Source: Prasinococcaceae sp. CCMP 1430 (Eukaryota; Plantae; Prasinodermophyta). From it: a stretch of 5,799 nucleotides of DNA. The translations under genes and the position numbers were made by a program. Where the stretch lies: contig RQSC01000268.1 in the NCBI GenBank assembly GCA_013416795.1, positions 1 through 5,799 on the forward strand, written 5' to 3'. The notes beneath the pieces are model-generated. The model had not been told where the DNA came from and did no database searches. It saw nothing but the letters and a program-made list of their open reading frames with translations. Of this stretch, positions 4,685 to 5,799 are shown in pieces (the first letter of the stretch is position 1; each line of letters starts with the position of its first letter).

Positions 4685-5799
4685 GGGGCAGGAGAAGCAG
4701 GCAGCGGCTGAAGGAGAAGTCGCGGCCAGTGGGGGAACTGGCGGGGATAAAGGGAAAGGGGTGGCCATACCAGCTATGGGGACAGATGGGGGTAGCTTCA
4801 AGCGACCACGGCAAGGAGCGCGGACGCGATCACAAGCCGAACGGGCGGAGGCAGAAACGGACGCCATTGACGTCACGCCCAATGCCAACCCGGAAGCTGG
4901 GCCATCGAATGGCACTCCCCCACCCAAGCGGGTGGCTGCTGAAACGCGCAAGTCGGGCAATCTCGGGAAGGCGATAGCAGGGTTACAACCACCTGCTGTT
5001 GAGAAGGCGACTCCATCACAGCCTGTAGCGACACCATCGCAACCTGCTGTGCCGGGCTCCAGGGCCTACACGGGGGCGCTGGCGGTGATCAACTGCCAGA
5101 AAGCGCTGAAACCACCAGTGTCTCAGGATGAGCTGGACAAGTGGTTAAAGGACATGGAACTGGTCGGGCGAACAGTGGATCCCACTGTGAATCTGGTACA
5201 GGTGTTCCATTCGTCCACCCCAAACAAGGAGTCTTCTGACCGAGTGCGGGAGAAAGCCCGGGATGCGTATGAAGATGGATTGACCTGGAAGGAGTTCCTC
5301 CAGCAGATGAAGGAGGAGTTCTCTGATAAGGTCTTGAACCTGACCAATTACCACAAGAACAAGTATGATACTTTTGAGGTCAAAGGGCCTATTCCTGAGG
5401 CTCTGGACAAGTTCAAGAGAATCCGCAGGGAGGGAGCCAAGTATGGATTCCAGGTGGATGACCGGGCAGCAGCAGACTCGTTCCTAGACAGGTTGGGGAT
5501 GAGTGCTGAGGGTCGCAGCAATTCAAGGATGTGGTGTAACAGCACAGACCAGTCCTGGGCTGCGCTGGAGAAACACATTCTTAGTATTCAGCTCGACCGA
5601 CCTTCATGCAAGGGCACCCAGGTGGCGGGGAGCTCGAGGCCAAGCCATCCTGAGTCGCAGCAGTCTGCTCCAGGTGCAAGGGGCAGCCGATTCAGGAGAA
5701 ACAAGAACAAGCAAGCATGGAAGTCTGCCCCAGGTCAAGGTAATCAACCAAGCAAAGGACAAGGGTCCAAGGTTTCGCAGGGGCCTGCAACTGCAGGCC
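4659..5799 (+). CDS. gag: Retrotransposon Gag-like (poly)protein, N-terminal part, truncated by window end
   Basis: The frame is stop-free from 4419 to the window end. The first ATG is at 4659 (GCGGCGATG; MPRITEMNEGQEKQ...), giving at least 380 codons. A disordered A/G/P-rich N-terminus precedes ELDKWLKDMELVG...GLTWKEFLQQMKEEFS (TWKEFLQQMKEEF 5283-5321), matching the TWxxFxxxxxxxF pattern of the Retrotrans_gag capsid family. Next come EALDKFKRIRRE...FLDRL and a basic G/S/Q/K-rich linker like those before a nucleocapsid zinc knuckle. It is absent from the ORF track, presumably because it has no stop in the window. Confidence 0.7.
   Translation, partial: MPRITEMNEGQEKQAAAEGEVAASGGTGGDKGKGVAIPAMGTDGGSFKRPRQGARTRSQAERAEAETDAIDVTPNANPEAGPSNGTPPPKRVAAETRKSGNLGKAIAGLQPPAVEKATPSQPVATPSQPAVPGSRAYTGALAVINCQKALKPPVSQDELDKWLKDMELVGRTVDPTVNLVQVFHSSTPNKESSDRVREKARDAYEDGLTWKEFLQQMKEEFSDKVLNLTNYHKNKYDTFEVKGPIPEALDKFKRIRREGAKYGFQVDDRAAADSFLDRLGMSAEGRSNSRMWCNSTDQSWAALEKHILSIQLDRPSCKGTQVAGSSRPSHPESQQSAPGARGSRFRRNKNKQAWKSAPGQGNQPSKGQGSKVSQGPATAG
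5007..5048 (+). repeat. In-frame 21-nt tandem duplication (ATPSQPV / ATPSQPA)
   Basis: GCGACTCCATCACAGCCTGTA then GCGACACCATCGCAACCTGCT. Confidence 0.8.

Larger units (their letters stand above)
2750..5799 (+). mobile_element. 5' part of a younger, apparently intact retrotransposon (long 5' non-coding region, ORF1, gag-like ORF2)
   Basis: A gag-like ORF without stops or frameshifts, a CpG-rich 5' region and an upstream motif-rich non-coding region. Superfamily (Ty3/gypsy, DIRS or copia) cannot be fixed without pol, and the left boundary is uncertain. Confidence 0.5.

Noticed and set aside
4247-5578. Minus-strand ORFs and plus-strand 4681..4977
   Set aside because: Shadows of ORF1 and the gag-like frame in GC-rich DNA; the 4659 frame has the motif and synonymous-change support.

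Overview
This window looks like a eukaryotic transposable-element nest, not a prokaryotic operon. (1) 1-819 is CpG-rich non-coding DNA ending in subterminal palindromes and GGGG-TTAA, consistent with one end of a piggyBac-type (TTAA-targeting) DNA transposon. (2) 820-2022 is a dead, strongly CpG-depleted Ty1/copia pol fragment (reverse transcriptase then RNase H) broken by stops and frameshifts. A hairpin- and repeat-rich 3' region follows to about 2700. (3) From about 2750 there is a long non-coding region with two copies of a fixed-spacing palindromic module and a CACGTG cluster. It leads into an intact 224-aa ORF of unknown function (4010-4684). That ORF overlaps a second, open-ended ORF (4659 to window end, at least 380 codons, absent from the supplied track) with a retrotransposon Gag-like motif. 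The most interesting hypothesis is a retroelement with an extra ORF upstream of gag, most of it inside a putative leader intron (3974-4622), so splicing would switch translation from ORF1 to Gag. All calls come from manual translation and motif recognition; no searches were run.
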